Origin: a bacterium
GTDB lineage: Bacteria > Patescibacteriota > Minisyncoccia > UBA6257 > Colwellbacteraceae
NCBI GenBank assembly: GCA_029548485.1
Contig: JAKPNH010000008.1
Coordinates: 1,563-65,562 of the forward strand
DNA: 64,000 nt
Reading direction: 5' to 3'
This document shows, piece after piece, positions 46,565 to 56,843 of this stretch (position 1 is its first letter; every line of letters starts with the position of its first letter). The position numbers were made by a program, and so were the translations under genes. The notes beneath the pieces are model-generated. The model had not been told where the DNA came from and searched no databases. It saw only the letters and a list, made by a program, of their open reading frames with translations.

Positions 46565-48184
46565 TTAGTATTCCGGCATTTCCGGATGGTTGTGCTCCTC
46601 TTTTTTCGGAATGTCGGTGATGGCCGAACCGATGGTGAGATAGTTGCTCGCCACGGAAACGGCGTTAACGAAGGCCGTTTTCGTCACCTTGAGCGGATCG
46701 ATGATCCCTTTCTCCTTTAGGTCGCAGAATTCGTTCGTCAAAGCGTTGAATCCCCACCATTTCTTGCCTTCGGCTTCTTTTTTCAGCTGCGGGATGATTT
46801 CGTCGGGTTTTTCTCCGCTGTTCAAAACAATGGCGTTGATCGGAGCCTGGAGTGCTTTGGAGATCACTTTAGCGGCCGCAACCTCGACCGCTCCGCCGGA
46901 AATGGAGATCTTTCCCTCGACGTTGAAGAGCGCCATGCCTCCTCCAGGGATAATGCCTTCTTCCATGGCCGCCTTGGTGGCGGCAACGGCGTCTTCCACC
47001 CTTTGTTTCAGTTCTTTCTGGCTGGATTCCGTGGGTGCTCCGACTTTGATGACCGCCACTCCGCCGGAAAGCTTGCCCAAACGCTCCTCCAGTTTTTCTT
47101 TGTCGTAATCCGAATCGGTTTTTTGGATCTGCGCCTTGAGCTGGCTGATCCTGGAATCGATGACTTTCTTGTCTCCGGCTCCGCCCACGATCGTCGTCGT
47201 ATCCTTAGTCGAAACCACGCGGTGGGCCCGCCCCAAAGCCGTCACGTCCACTCCTTCAAGCTTTCTTCCGAGCTCTTCGGAGATAAATTCCGCTCCGGTG
47301 ACGACGGCGATATCCTGGAGCATTTCTTTTCTCCTGTCGCCGAATCCTGGCGCTTTCACGGCCAAGACGTTGAAAATCCCTCTTAATTTGTTGACCACGA
47401 GCGTGGCCAAGGCTTCGCCGTCAACGTCGTCGGCGACGATCACCAGTTCTTTTTTGCCAACTTTGATCAGTTTTTCCAAAAGCGGCAGAAGATCGTTGAT
47501 GGCCGATATCTTCTGGTCGGTGACGAGGATATAGGGGTCTTCGAGGACCGCTTCCATCCTCTCCGGATTGGAGATCATGTATTGTGAAATATACCCCTTG
47601 TCGAACTGCATTCCTTCGACGATCTCGTAGGAATTGCTCACGGTGTTCGAATCCTCGATGGTGACGACGCCTTCCTTGCCGATTTTTCTCATCACTTCGG
47701 CGATCAATTTACCGATCTCGCTGTTTTTCGCGGAGAGCGTAGCCACTTCTTCCACCTTTTTGTCGGCGTCGATCAATTCTTTCTGTGCTTCCAAAGCTTT
47801 GATCACCTCGTCGCTCGCTTTCTTCAAGGCCTCGGAAAGCTGGATGACGTTGAATCCTTTGTCGCTTATCTGGCGCTCGCCTTCTTCGATCATGGCGTGA
47901 GCCAAGACCACGGCCGTGGTCGTCCCGTCTCCGACGTTGTCGTTCGTCTTGTCGGCCGCCTGCTTCAACAAATCGGCTCCGAGGTTCTCGTACTTGTCCT
48001 CGAGCTCGATTTCCTTGGCGACGGTGACGCCGTCGAAGGTCACCTGCGGGGCGCCGTATCCTTTTTCGATGACCATCGCCCGGCCGCGCGGGCCCAAAGT
48101 CATGGTGACGGCGCGCGCCAATTTGTCGATTCCTTTTTTCAAAGATTTTCTCGCTTCTTCGTCGAATAAAATTTGTTTAGCCAT
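46565..48184 (-). CDS. groL: chaperonin GroEL
   Basis: Full-length GroEL. Confidence 0.97.
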   Translation of the reverse strand: MAKQILFDEEARKSLKKGIDKLARAVTMTLGPRGRAMVIEKGYGAPQVTFDGVTVAKEIELEDKYENLGADLLKQAADKTNDNVGDGTTTAVVLAHAMIEEGERQISDKGFNVIQLSEALKKASDEVIKALEAQKELIDADKKVEEVATLSAKNSEIGKLIAEVMRKIGKEGVVTIEDSNTVSNSYEIVEGMQFDKGYISQYMISNPERMEAVLEDPYILVTDQKISAINDLLPLLEKLIKVGKKELVIVADDVDGEALATLVVNKLRGIFNVLAVKAPGFGDRRKEMLQDIAVVTGAEFISEELGRKLEGVDVTALGRAHRVVSTKDTTTIVGGAGDKKVIDSRISQLKAQIQKTDSDYDKEKLEERLGKLSGGVAVIKVGAPTESSQKELKQRVEDAVAATKAAMEEGIIPGGGMALFNVEGKISISGGAVEVAAAKVISKALQAPINAIVLNSGEKPDEIIPQLKKEAEGKKWWGFNALTNEFCDLKEKGIIDPLKVTKTAFVNAVSVASNYLTIGSAITDIPKKEEHNHPEMPEY

Positions 48185-48210
48185 GGTGTTGATATTTTTT
48201 TAAATGCGAC

Positions 48211-48501
48211 CTATTCCAGGATCGCCAAGATGTCGTCTTCGTCTCCGACCAAGTATTTCTTGCCGTTGATCTCGATTTCGTCCGGACCGTATTTCTTGAA
48301 GAGGACCGTGTCGCCGACCTTGACCGACATCGGCGTCCGTTCGCCTTTATCGTTCAATTTGCCCTCGCCGACGGCGATAATTTTGCCTTTGACCGGCTTT
48401 TCTTTGTCGGCCGTGTCCGGAATGATGATGCCCGATTCCGTGGCTTTTTCTTCTTCGATCGGCTCAAGGAAAATATGGTTCGATAGGGGTTTTATGTTCA
48501 T
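48211..48501 (-). CDS. groS: co-chaperonin GroES
   Basis: GroES family. Confidence 0.95.
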   Translation of the reverse strand: MNIKPLSNHIFLEPIEEEKATESGIIIPDTADKEKPVKGKIIAVGEGKLNDKGERTPMSVKVGDTVLFKKYGPDEIEINGKKYLVGDEDDILAILE

Positions 48502-48509
48502 TTCGCCTT

Positions 48510-48545
48510 ATATTATATCATATTCCGCCGCTGTTTTGTCAAGTA
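48510..48545 (-). promoter_or_regulatory. groES-groEL promoter (TTGACA ... TATAAT on the minus strand)
   Basis: Reverse complement reads CTTGACAAAACAGCGGCGGAATATGATATAATATAAGG immediately upstream of the groES ATG; no CIRCE inverted repeat seen. Confidence 0.45.
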
Positions 48546-48596
48546 TTTTTCCGGCCGACTCCGAGCAAAAAGTCGCTCGGCGGCCTTCTTTAAAGG

Positions 48597-49634
48597 CTAT
48601 TCTTCGGATTCCGGCTTGTCCAAAACCATCGGTTCGATGTTCGCCGCCGAACCGCTGATCCGCAAAACGTCTTTGTCTATTTTGCCGAATTCCTTGTAGG
48701 CCTGGTTGTACATTCCGACCGAAGTCCCGAGATGGTTTCCCAGCTTTTTCATGTATCCTTCGTAGCTCGCCAAATGCTTACCAAGCTCTTCCACCCGTTT
48801 TTTGATCTCTTTGGCCGATTCTTCTATCTGTAAAGCCTTGAGACCCTGAAGCACGGTCTGGAGATAAGCGAGAAAGCTCGTCGGAGAAACGATGATCACG
48901 TGCTTTTCCTTGAAAGCATATTCGATCAAATCCCTCGTGTTCGTTTTAACCGCACCCACTTTGTTCACTAGTAGATCGTAATAAATCGCCTCCGAAGGAA
49001 TGAACATAAAGGCGAAATCCATGGTGTTCTCGTCAGGACGCACGTATTTCGAGGTTTCGTCGATGCGGTCTTTCAGATCGTCCCTGAATTGTTTTTCCAA
49101 CTCTTCCCTTCTTTGGGAATCGTTTTCGGACAAGATCCTTTCGTAGTTTTCCAAAGAAAACTTGGAATCCACCGGAATTACTTTGTCCTTGACGAAAACG
49201 GCGGCGTCCACGATCTCGCCGTCTTTGAATTTGTACTGCATTTCGTAGGAATTCGGCGGCAGGACATTTTTCAAGGTTTCTTCTAGGAAATACTCTCCGA
49301 GCACTCCCCTTTGTTTCGGATTTTTCAAAATATCCTGGAGGTCTTTCAATTGATCGGCCAGATTCACCACCTGTTTCTGGCCCTCGCCCACTTTGGTCAG
49401 CTCTTCGGTGATCTCTTTGATCATCCGGCTGCTTTCGCCGAACTGCGACTGCATCACTTTCGGCAATTCCCCAAGCTTAGCGTCCAGAACCCGGCTCATC
49501 TCGTTGATCTGGTTTTGAAGCAACATCAAAGCATTGTCGGCTTCAGCCGGCTTCGGCTTCCTCAAAAGCAGAAATAAGGCAACGCTCAAAAGCGACAAAA
49601 ACAAGATTATAGCCGCCCCGAAAACTATTTCCAT
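48597..49634 (-). CDS. rmuC: DNA recombination protein RmuC
   Basis: N-terminal TM, coiled coils and conserved RmuC C-terminal nuclease-like domain. Confidence 0.85.
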   Translation of the reverse strand: MEIVFGAAIILFLSLLSVALFLLLRKPKPAEADNALMLLQNQINEMSRVLDAKLGELPKVMQSQFGESSRMIKEITEELTKVGEGQKQVVNLADQLKDLQDILKNPKQRGVLGEYFLEETLKNVLPPNSYEMQYKFKDGEIVDAAVFVKDKVIPVDSKFSLENYERILSENDSQRREELEKQFRDDLKDRIDETSKYVRPDENTMDFAFMFIPSEAIYYDLLVNKVGAVKTNTRDLIEYAFKEKHVIIVSPTSFLAYLQTVLQGLKALQIEESAKEIKKRVEELGKHLASYEGYMKKLGNHLGTSVGMYNQAYKEFGKIDKDVLRISGSAANIEPMVLDKPESEE

Positions 49635-49679
49635 GAACCCATTTTAAACCAAAAATCTCCGCCTCGCCACTTGGTTATT

Positions 49680-51023
49680 TCAAGGATTTTCGGCGCCAAA
49701 AGGACTGACCAAACAGAAATCCGCGTCGCTCTGGTCGGTTACCGACTCCTTGAATCGGCAATCGCTCAAACAGTCTTCGTCGCAACAGCCGATATAATCG
49801 TAGGCGTAGCTCAAGGCAATCCTATAGTCCGATCCGATCGGACGTTCCGATCGCAGGATAACGGTTTCCGTGCCGTCATTTTCGGTGATAATCGAGCTTA
49901 TGACCGCATTTCCTTTGAGCAGACTGACGCGGATGGATTTGTCGTCAGAAACGGGGCTGGTTCCGCTGCTCCGCCAGTTCACGGTCATCTGGTCTCCGGG
50001 AGCGAAGCTTTGGCCGCCGTTCGGATAATCGACTTCTGCCCAAGCCCTTTGGTCGGTTACGGCCTCCGGAGTCGGTCTTTTTTCTCCGCCGAGGCAAACA
50101 ACATTCCTGGTCGAAGCTGGATCCGCTCTTTTTTCTCCGTTCACGACGGCTTCCGCGAAAGCCCCGAGTCCGGCCCTCGAGATCCGGCCATCAACGACAA
50201 AATCCGAAATAAAATCGATGTCTAATTTAAGCCCGGCTGCCGCAATCATTCCGCGCAGCTTTTCCAAGTCCAAAATCCTGTCGGTCAAATCGATTCTCTT
50301 GGAAAGGAGAAAATCTTCAACGTTCTTCCCGTAGTCTCCGGAAAGCGTTTGTTTCATCAGGATCGTGTCTCCGGTCAGCCGCATGATAATCGCTCCGGCT
50401 TCGAGGATGTCGGCTGGAGTTTCCAAGCTTGCGGAAGCCGTTTCCTCTAGTTTGCCGGCCGGGCCGATTCCCGAATCTTCAAAGTTCTCGAGAGATATCT
50501 CCGCTCCGGAAACATAGGGCTCGATCCAAGCCATAAACCAGCGGCCGTCGATTTTCTTTAAATAAAAAACATCTCGATCGATTTTGATTTCCGGCGGCAA
50601 TCCCCAGATATTGCTTTTGGTCTCCGCGGCCACGAAAACAGCCGCTTTGTCCGAAGAATGATCCAAGATTTTGACGTTTAAAATATCGATTATTTCGAAA
50701 CGCCTCTGTTTCGCGTTCAGGCTGTCCCGAATGAACCCGTTCGCTTCCGCGATCAAAAGCCCTTTTCCGTTATCGACGGCGTAGGCGTCTATGAAATCCC
50801 GCCAACTTTTGTTGGTGTTTATGTTCCTCGCGTAATCGGAGTAATAATCCGATACGAACCGGCTAATGGCGACTCTATCGTTTTTGGAAAGATAACCGAA
50901 CAATCCCAAATCCCCGACTGCCCAAACGGCTCCCGCAATCGCGGCGAATAGGATCAGAATATACAATATTCTCCGATTCGACGGAGGTTTCGAAGATACC
51001 GGGCGTCCCGTCTTGCGGCTCAT
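49680..51023 (-). CDS. hypothetical large membrane-anchored extracytoplasmic protein (pilus-cluster associated, candidate tip or adhesin protein)
   Basis: Start taken at the internal Met (MSRKTGRP...ILYILILFAAIAG TM); C-terminal Cys cluster (IGCCDEDCLSDC); first gene downstream of the minor pilins. Confidence 0.5.
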   Translation of the reverse strand: MSRKTGRPVSSKPPSNRRILYILILFAAIAGAVWAVGDLGLFGYLSKNDRVAISRFVSDYYSDYARNINTNKSWRDFIDAYAVDNGKGLLIAEANGFIRDSLNAKQRRFEIIDILNVKILDHSSDKAAVFVAAETKSNIWGLPPEIKIDRDVFYLKKIDGRWFMAWIEPYVSGAEISLENFEDSGIGPAGKLEETASASLETPADILEAGAIIMRLTGDTILMKQTLSGDYGKNVEDFLLSKRIDLTDRILDLEKLRGMIAAAGLKLDIDFISDFVVDGRISRAGLGAFAEAVVNGEKRADPASTRNVVCLGGEKRPTPEAVTDQRAWAEVDYPNGGQSFAPGDQMTVNWRSSGTSPVSDDKSIRVSLLKGNAVISSIITENDGTETVILRSERPIGSDYRIALSYAYDYIGCCDEDCLSDCRFKESVTDQSDADFCLVSPFGAENP

Positions 51024-51472
51024 CTTATTTCTTCGGTGAAAGTGATTTCGAGCGTGCGCACGATCTGACCGGTCGCATCTTTGCCGACGGCGTACCATTT
51101 TTCTATCAAAGCCGATCCCGGTAAGCGATTGGGATAACACTTACTCGGATCGTCATCAATGTCCGAACACCTCTTATAAACCGTAAAAGTCTGCCCCGTA
51201 TCATCGAGTTGCCCATCTTGCCCCGCGACTTCCGCCAGGCATACCGCGCCGCAACCCTGCCAGCAGCATCCGAACCGGCGCATCAATATCCTTTCGATGC
51301 CGGCGTCGGCCGAGAAAAGGGCCTGGGTCGACTGGCTGATGCTACTCGCCTGCCGCAGTTCGTAGACCACGAGCAAATTGGCCAAAGCTGTCGCTCCGAG
51401 AATGACGATCGACATCGTGAAAACCATAAAAAGCATGGTCTGTCCTCTGGATGTTTTTTTGCGGATGTTCAT
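51020..51472 (-). CDS. atypical pilin-like membrane protein
   Basis: N-terminus KKTSRGQTMLFMVFTMSIV resembles a prepilin leader but lacks Glu+5; CCxxGC motif. Confidence 0.4.
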   Translation of the reverse strand: MNIRKKTSRGQTMLFMVFTMSIVILGATALANLLVVYELRQASSISQSTQALFSADAGIERILMRRFGCCWQGCGAVCLAEVAGQDGQLDDTGQTFTVYKRCSDIDDDPSKCYPNRLPGSALIEKWYAVGKDATGQIVRTLEITFTEEIR

Positions 51473-51473
51473 T

Positions 51474-52001
51474 TTAAGAAGAGGGCCTGTAATAGAACAA
51501 CCTTTCGCTTATCGTCGTTTGGAAAGTGAGTGGACCCTTGAACAAGGAGCTTTCCACTTGTATTTTGATCGTCACCCGTGGCGGATAATTGTCCGACTCG
51601 GTGATATAAAATCTCAAATCCGTCACCCGTACATCGTCGGCGGTCAAACGCTTCGGCATCTCGGCGCCTACCTTTCTCGTGATATAATCGCCACCCGGAG
51701 GCCTCATATACGTTACTTCCTGCCCCAGGTATTTGACGAATCGCAACGAATTCGTTCCTTCCGGTGTGGAATAATTTGTGCCGGTCCTTATCTCCCGCGC
51801 CATTTGCTCTATCACCAAAGAAAGATTATCCAAAATAGCCGTCTGGTTGGCCACGTTCCGCTCTGCCTTCAAAGAATTAGTAAAAATGGAGAGAATCAGG
51901 AAAACGACGCCCACGAAAACTCCCAAAGTGACGGTTACTTCCACGAGAGTAAACCCTGATTTTTTAGAAAGATTTATCATATTCATTGTTCCGCGCGCCA
52001 A
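51474..52001 (-). CDS. prepilin-type N-terminal cleavage/methylation domain protein (minor pilin)
   Basis: KKSGFTLVEVTVTLGV class III signal peptide. Confidence 0.7.
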   Translation of the reverse strand: MARGTMNMINLSKKSGFTLVEVTVTLGVFVGVVFLILSIFTNSLKAERNVANQTAILDNLSLVIEQMAREIRTGTNYSTPEGTNSLRFVKYLGQEVTYMRPPGGDYITRKVGAEMPKRLTADDVRVTDLRFYITESDNYPPRVTIKIQVESSLFKGPLTFQTTISERLFYYRPSS

Positions 52002-52543
52002 CCGATAAAATCCGTGGCTATTTTCGACGATCTGATTTCGGCCGGGTGTCTCGGATCGTACCAGGCTACGGTCGCGATCGCTCGGATTTTAAGATCGGAA
52101 AGAGGCCTGATTTGGATCCATCTTTTAAAAATAGTCGCGGTCGTTTCTCCCGCTTCGTTATAATCGTACAGACCTTCGCCGTTGATTCTTAAAAAACGTG
52201 CTTCTCCAAAAGTAAGATCGATGTCATTTTCACTTGGACCGTCGCAAGTCAATAAATGCCGCAAATCCGATTCGGAATGCATACTCTCATAAAATACCTC
52301 GATGCAATCGTTGTCGGAAAAGTTCTCGTTCCAGGAGTCTTCGCGAACAACATTGCTATCCAGAATGTTTTTCGTCACCTCGAGGCCTTCGGCCGCCAGA
52401 TTGGCGGCGATAAATTGGTCGGTAACGACCGAGCTTGTCCGAAGGGCGCTTATCGCCAAACTAAAAATGCCGAGGACGCTAGAGACGATGATTCCCATGG
52501 CGATCATTCCCTCGACGATGAATTGCCCTCTGGTGCTTCTCAT
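51983..52543 (-). CDS. prepilin-like minor pilin
   Basis: TRGQFIVEGMIAMGI N-terminal motif (G-1, E+5). Confidence 0.55.
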   Translation of the reverse strand: MRSTRGQFIVEGMIAMGIIVSSVLGIFSLAISALRTSSVVTDQFIAANLAAEGLEVTKNILDSNVVREDSWNENFSDNDCIEVFYESMHSESDLRHLLTCDGPSENDIDLTFGEARFLRINGEGLYDYNEAGETTATIFKRWIQIRPLSDLKIRAIATVAWYDPRHPAEIRSSKIATDFIGWRAEQ

Positions 52544-52563
52544 ATTGTTTGATTATAGTCGGT

Positions 52564-53148
52564 TTAACGCACTATCGAAACCATACCCGAAGCGAGCACC
52601 CCCACTTGCCGCGGTGTCCCGGACCCGTCCCTAGCTCTTATGGTAATAATTATTCCACCGTCGCCTCCGGCTTCGGAGTCGAACACCACTGTCGGATCCG
52701 GCGGGACAAATAATATTTTCTGCTCTCCACTTACAAACTCCACAAGTGGATCAAGAGTCATAAAGTAGAGCGACCCCACGGAAGACAAATCCGTAGTTTC
52801 GCCTATCAGCGGATTAAACAAAGCATCGAAAGCGCATCCCTCGTCTATGCCTACGTCCCTAAAAATATAAGCGCGGTCTTCTCCGGGAACGATATGCACG
52901 CCGTATCCGCAAACAAGTCCTCCTTGAGGATCGGCCAGGGTGGCGATGCTCAAAAATCTCGCGTAAGTGATGAGGCTTCTCAATTCTTCCTGGCTTTTGG
53001 AAAGCGTGAATTCTCTCTTGATCGAAGCTCCGGAAATACTCATCGACATCAAAAGCAAGGAAGTGATGCCGATCGTCACCACCATTTCGACCAACGTAAA
53101 CCCTGGCGCCGATTTTTTAAGCAAGGTTGAAGAACCGAAAATAGCCAT
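52564..53148 (-). CDS. prepilin-type minor pilin
   Basis: APGFTLVEMVVTIGI class III signal peptide. Confidence 0.7.
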   Translation of the reverse strand: MAIFGSSTLLKKSAPGFTLVEMVVTIGITSLLLMSMSISGASIKREFTLSKSQEELRSLITYARFLSIATLADPQGGLVCGYGVHIVPGEDRAYIFRDVGIDEGCAFDALFNPLIGETTDLSSVGSLYFMTLDPLVEFVSGEQKILFVPPDPTVVFDSEAGGDGGIIITIRARDGSGTPRQVGVLASGMVSIVR

Positions 53149-53962
53149 TACATATATTAAAGCCCAAAAACACGATTAAGAGAATCCCGAGCGCCATAAA
53201 CGGGCCGAAGGGCAGCATGTCTTTCATTCTTTTTTTTCGCAAAAGCAAGCTCATTCCTCCGAAAACTCCGCCCAAAATAAAGGAAAGCATCAAGGCCAAG
53301 ACTATGTCCGGCCAGCCGATAAAAAGTCCGGCGGCCGCCCCGAGCTTGGCGTCGCCCATGCCCATTCCTTTACCTTTCGTGAAAAAAATCAATCCCATAA
53401 AAAGCAGTCCGCCGAAAGCCGCGGCCGCCAAATGATTCAAAAAAATGTTCTGCCGCAACCCAAGAACGCTCGCGTAATATCCGATAAACGACCCCTCGGT
53501 CAGGCCGAAAGCCTTGGTCTGCGAACCGAGCAGAACGAACAATATTCCCAACAATCCGATGAAAAGGTTCAGTTCGTCCGGTATCACCTGGAAATAAAAA
53601 TCGATGAAAGACAAAACAAGGAGGCTTAACGCGAAAAGCGCGATCAAAAGTGCTTGCAAAGTCAAACCCCATTTGAGATAAGCCGCGACGAGGATAAGGC
53701 CGGATAAAATCTCGACGATCGGATATTGCCAGGATATTCTCCTGTGGCAGTTGCGGCATCTTCCTTTCTGTATAAAAAAACTGAAGATTGGAACAAGCTC
53801 GAACCATCTAAGCGTCTCGCCGCAAGAGCGGCATTTTGACCTGCCGCCGAGATGGATGCCGACCAAAGCGGTTTTATCCGGATCGTAACGTAAAATTACG
53901 ACATTCAAAAAGCTGCCGATGCAAACACCGAAAAAAAACAAAAAGAAATAATTAGCAAACAC
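53117..53962 (-). CDS. pilD: prepilin peptidase (A24 family)
   Basis: N-terminal CxxC...CxxC zinc-binding region and polytopic membrane domain with conserved Asp residues. Confidence 0.85.
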   Translation of the reverse strand: MFANYFFLFFFGVCIGSFLNVVILRYDPDKTALVGIHLGGRSKCRSCGETLRWFELVPIFSFFIQKGRCRNCHRRISWQYPIVEILSGLILVAAYLKWGLTLQALLIALFALSLLVLSFIDFYFQVIPDELNLFIGLLGILFVLLGSQTKAFGLTEGSFIGYYASVLGLRQNIFLNHLAAAAFGGLLFMGLIFFTKGKGMGMGDAKLGAAAGLFIGWPDIVLALMLSFILGGVFGGMSLLLRKKRMKDMLPFGPFMALGILLIVFLGFNICNGYFRFFNLA

Positions 53963-53969
53963 TATATAA

Positions 53970-54440
53970 TTACCTCACGCAGTACAAATTGTCTTGTGGA
54001 AAATCCGGACCGCAATTTAATCCATAAAGTGCTCCCTCATAGCTATCTACCGGAACCCCCCTCTCCATTCTTGCTCCTAGAACGTACTCAAAACCCCTCG
54101 GGATATTCACACCATATCGATAATCTTCTCCCGACGGGTCATTATCAGGAATATCCGCCTCATCTGCTACAGTTGCTACAAGAGCATCCTTTAAAGCGTC
54201 CCAACTAGCTGGTGCAGACACACTTCCCGGAGAACAAGTCGCTCCACCAGGATAATGCCCGCATCTATTGTAATAGAGCTCCAAATAGGTCTGGACTTTT
54301 TTAAGATCAGCCATCCTCCTCGTATCTCTCGCGTTTGATTGGACACTACGCGTTCCATTGAAGACCAATCCCATCAAAATGCCGATGACCGCGATAACGA
54401 TCACCATCTCGATCAATGTAAAACCTTTTTGCGATTTCAT
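53970..54440 (-). CDS. pilA: type IV major pilin
   Basis: QKGFTLIEMVIVIAVIGIL prepilin leader and hydrophobic alpha-1 helix; C-terminal Cys pair. Confidence 0.75.
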   Translation of the reverse strand: MKSQKGFTLIEMVIVIAVIGILMGLVFNGTRSVQSNARDTRRMADLKKVQTYLELYYNRCGHYPGGATCSPGSVSAPASWDALKDALVATVADEADIPDNDPSGEDYRYGVNIPRGFEYVLGARMERGVPVDSYEGALYGLNCGPDFPQDNLYCVR

Positions 54441-54508
54441 GTTTTTTGATTTTTTACGACTTTTATTTTTACCGTTTGACCCGAGTTTATATGTTCATTC
54501 TACCCGAA

Positions 54509-55717
54509 TTACAGCGTGGAGACAAACTGGAACATCGGCAGAAGGATCGAGGCGAAAAGCCCGGCCACGGCGCCGCCGATAACGATCATTAAAACCGGCT
54601 GGATCAGCTCCACCAGGTTGCCGACGGTTTCGTCGACCTCGCGGCTGTAAAATCCGGAAAGTTTCGATAAAAGCTCGTCCAAGCGGCCGGTGGTCTCTCC
54701 GACCGCGACCATTTGGCTCACTAGCGGAGGAAAAAGCTCCTGGTTTTTGGCGAGGGACTGCGACAGCAATTCTCCCCGCCTGATGTCTTCGGCCGAAGCT
54801 TTCAGGGCCTCGCCGTAAATCATGTTACCGATGGTTTCTCCGGTGATCTCCAGTGCTTGGGCGATCGGGATGCCGCCTTTGATGAGGATGCTTGCCGATT
54901 CGCCGAACTGGGCGATGGCGATATAGCGGAATAATTTGCCGAAAACCGGCATCCGGAAAACCAACTCGTCGTAAACGATCTTACCCTCGGCCGACCGGAA
55001 ATAATCCGCAAAAAAGAAAACCAGGGCGATGATGGCGAAAAAGACCAAAAACCACCATTGGGACAAAAATTGCCCGAAAACCACCAGGGCGTGGGTAAAA
55101 CCCGGCATCTGTATCCCCGAAGAGACGAACATGTCTTCGATCTGCGGCAAGACGCCGATAACAAGATAGGCGGCGACGCCGAGGAAGAGAAAAATCGTCA
55201 CCATCGGATAAGTCATCGAGTTTTTGATTTTACCGGACAAGGTCGCCTGGCGTTCGTAATAATCGGCCAAGTAATTGGCCGCTTCCTCGAGCCGGCCGGT
55301 GATTTCCGCCGACCTGATCATGTTCACGTAAAACGGCGAAAAGACGTTCTCGTATTTTTCCAAGGCCTGCGAAAGCGCCAAACCGGAATCGATGTCTTGG
55401 CGCACTTCTTCGATGGTTCTTTTTAAAAGGGTGTTTCTGGTTTGGTCGACCAGAGTTGTGAACGTTTTGTCGAGCGGCACTTGGGCCGAAAGCAAGGTGG
55501 CGAATTGCCTCGTAAAAACCATGAGATCGCGCAGACCCACCCGTTCGCCGAAAAACGGCAAACCGGCAAGGAAAGATTTCTTTTCTTCGCTTTCCAAGGT
55601 GAGAATGAAAAGCTCGTGCCCGGTCAAAATGCCGATGGCCGATTCCCTGGTCGGCGCTTCGACAAACCCGGCTTGAAGCTCTCCTTCTTTGGTTCTCGCT
55701 GAATACTTGAATCTCAT
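54509..55717 (-). CDS. pilC: type IV pilus inner-membrane platform protein PilC (GspF family)
   Basis: Duplicated GspF domains with TM segments. Confidence 0.9.
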   Translation of the reverse strand: MRFKYSARTKEGELQAGFVEAPTRESAIGILTGHELFILTLESEEKKSFLAGLPFFGERVGLRDLMVFTRQFATLLSAQVPLDKTFTTLVDQTRNTLLKRTIEEVRQDIDSGLALSQALEKYENVFSPFYVNMIRSAEITGRLEEAANYLADYYERQATLSGKIKNSMTYPMVTIFLFLGVAAYLVIGVLPQIEDMFVSSGIQMPGFTHALVVFGQFLSQWWFLVFFAIIALVFFFADYFRSAEGKIVYDELVFRMPVFGKLFRYIAIAQFGESASILIKGGIPIAQALEITGETIGNMIYGEALKASAEDIRRGELLSQSLAKNQELFPPLVSQMVAVGETTGRLDELLSKLSGFYSREVDETVGNLVELIQPVLMIVIGGAVAGLFASILLPMFQFVSTL

Positions 55718-55723
55718 CGGTTT

Positions 55724-56794
55724 TTACATCCGCTCGAGCAAAATCCTCAATTCCGAAGGATTCAAGGAATAAAGCTCGGCGTTCTCCAAAGAAATTTCCC
55801 TTTTTTTGACGAGGTCGGCCAAGGACCGGTTTAAAGTGGTCATTCCTTCCTGCAGGCTCGTCTCGATGACGAGATCGATCTGGTAGATCTTCTTTTCCCT
55901 GATCAAATTCCTGATGGCGGAATTAACGAACATGATTTCGCAGGCCGGGACGCGGCCGCCGTCAATGCGCGGCACGAGCCTCTGGGAAACGATGCCGACC
56001 AAAGTGGCGGCGAGCTGGGACGTTATCTGGCCTTGCTGGCTAGACGGGAAAGAATCGATGATGCGGTCGATGGTCTGGGCCGCGGAATTGGTGTGGAGGG
56101 TGGAAAAAACCAGGTGCCCGGTTTCCGCCGAAGTCATGGCCGTGGCGATGGATTCGGAATCCCTCATCTCGCCGATCATCACCACGTCCGGATCCTGGCG
56201 GAGCAAAGATTTAAGAGCCTGGTGGAAATTAAGGCTGTCGGTCTTCACTTCTCTTTGGGAAACGATGCACTTGTCTTGGACGAAGAGGTATTCGATCGGG
56301 TCCTCAATGGTGATGATGTGATCCATCCTCTTGTGGTTGATCTCGTCAACCAAAGCCGCCAAAGTGCTCGATTTTCCGTGCCCAGCCGGGCCGACGACCA
56401 AAACAAACCCCTGGGAAAGGCCGGTGAATTTGTGGAGGATCGACGGCAAGTGCAATTCTTCGAGGGTTTTGATCTGCGCCGGTATCAACCGGAGCGAAGC
56501 CGCCATGAATCCGCGCTGGAAAAAGACGTTGACGCGGAAACGGGCCTTGTCCTCGAAAGCATAGGAAAGGTCGAGGTCGCGGTAAGTAAGGAACTTTTCT
56601 TTCTGTTCGTCGGTAAGCAAGGCCCCGATCAGGCCAGCGGTCATTTCCGGAGTCAAAATCTGCTCTTTCGGCATGTCGATCAAACTGCCGTCGATGCGCA
56701 TCATCGGCCTTCGGCCGACTGCCAAATGCAGATCCGAGGCGTTGCTCCTCGCGGTCATCAGGAGCAGTTCGTTCATTTTTTGCCTGTAATCCAT
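55724..56794 (-). CDS. pilT: type IV pilus retraction ATPase PilT
   Basis: Walker A GPAGHGKSST; about 356 aa; PilT-type Asp/His boxes. Confidence 0.9.
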   Translation of the reverse strand: MDYRQKMNELLLMTARSNASDLHLAVGRRPMMRIDGSLIDMPKEQILTPEMTAGLIGALLTDEQKEKFLTYRDLDLSYAFEDKARFRVNVFFQRGFMAASLRLIPAQIKTLEELHLPSILHKFTGLSQGFVLVVGPAGHGKSSTLAALVDEINHKRMDHIITIEDPIEYLFVQDKCIVSQREVKTDSLNFHQALKSLLRQDPDVVMIGEMRDSESIATAMTSAETGHLVFSTLHTNSAAQTIDRIIDSFPSSQQGQITSQLAATLVGIVSQRLVPRIDGGRVPACEIMFVNSAIRNLIREKKIYQIDLVIETSLQEGMTTLNRSLADLVKKREISLENAELYSLNPSELRILLERM

Positions 56795-56843
56795 GTTGTT
56801 TGTTTTATTCTCCGGAATTCGTTGATTTTTATTATAACACGGC

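Noticed and set aside
48502-48596. CIRCE (HrcA) operator upstream of groES
   Set aside because: No TTAGCACTC-N9-GAGTGCTAA inverted repeat; only a sigma-70-like promoter and an imperfect hairpin (probably the rmuC terminator)
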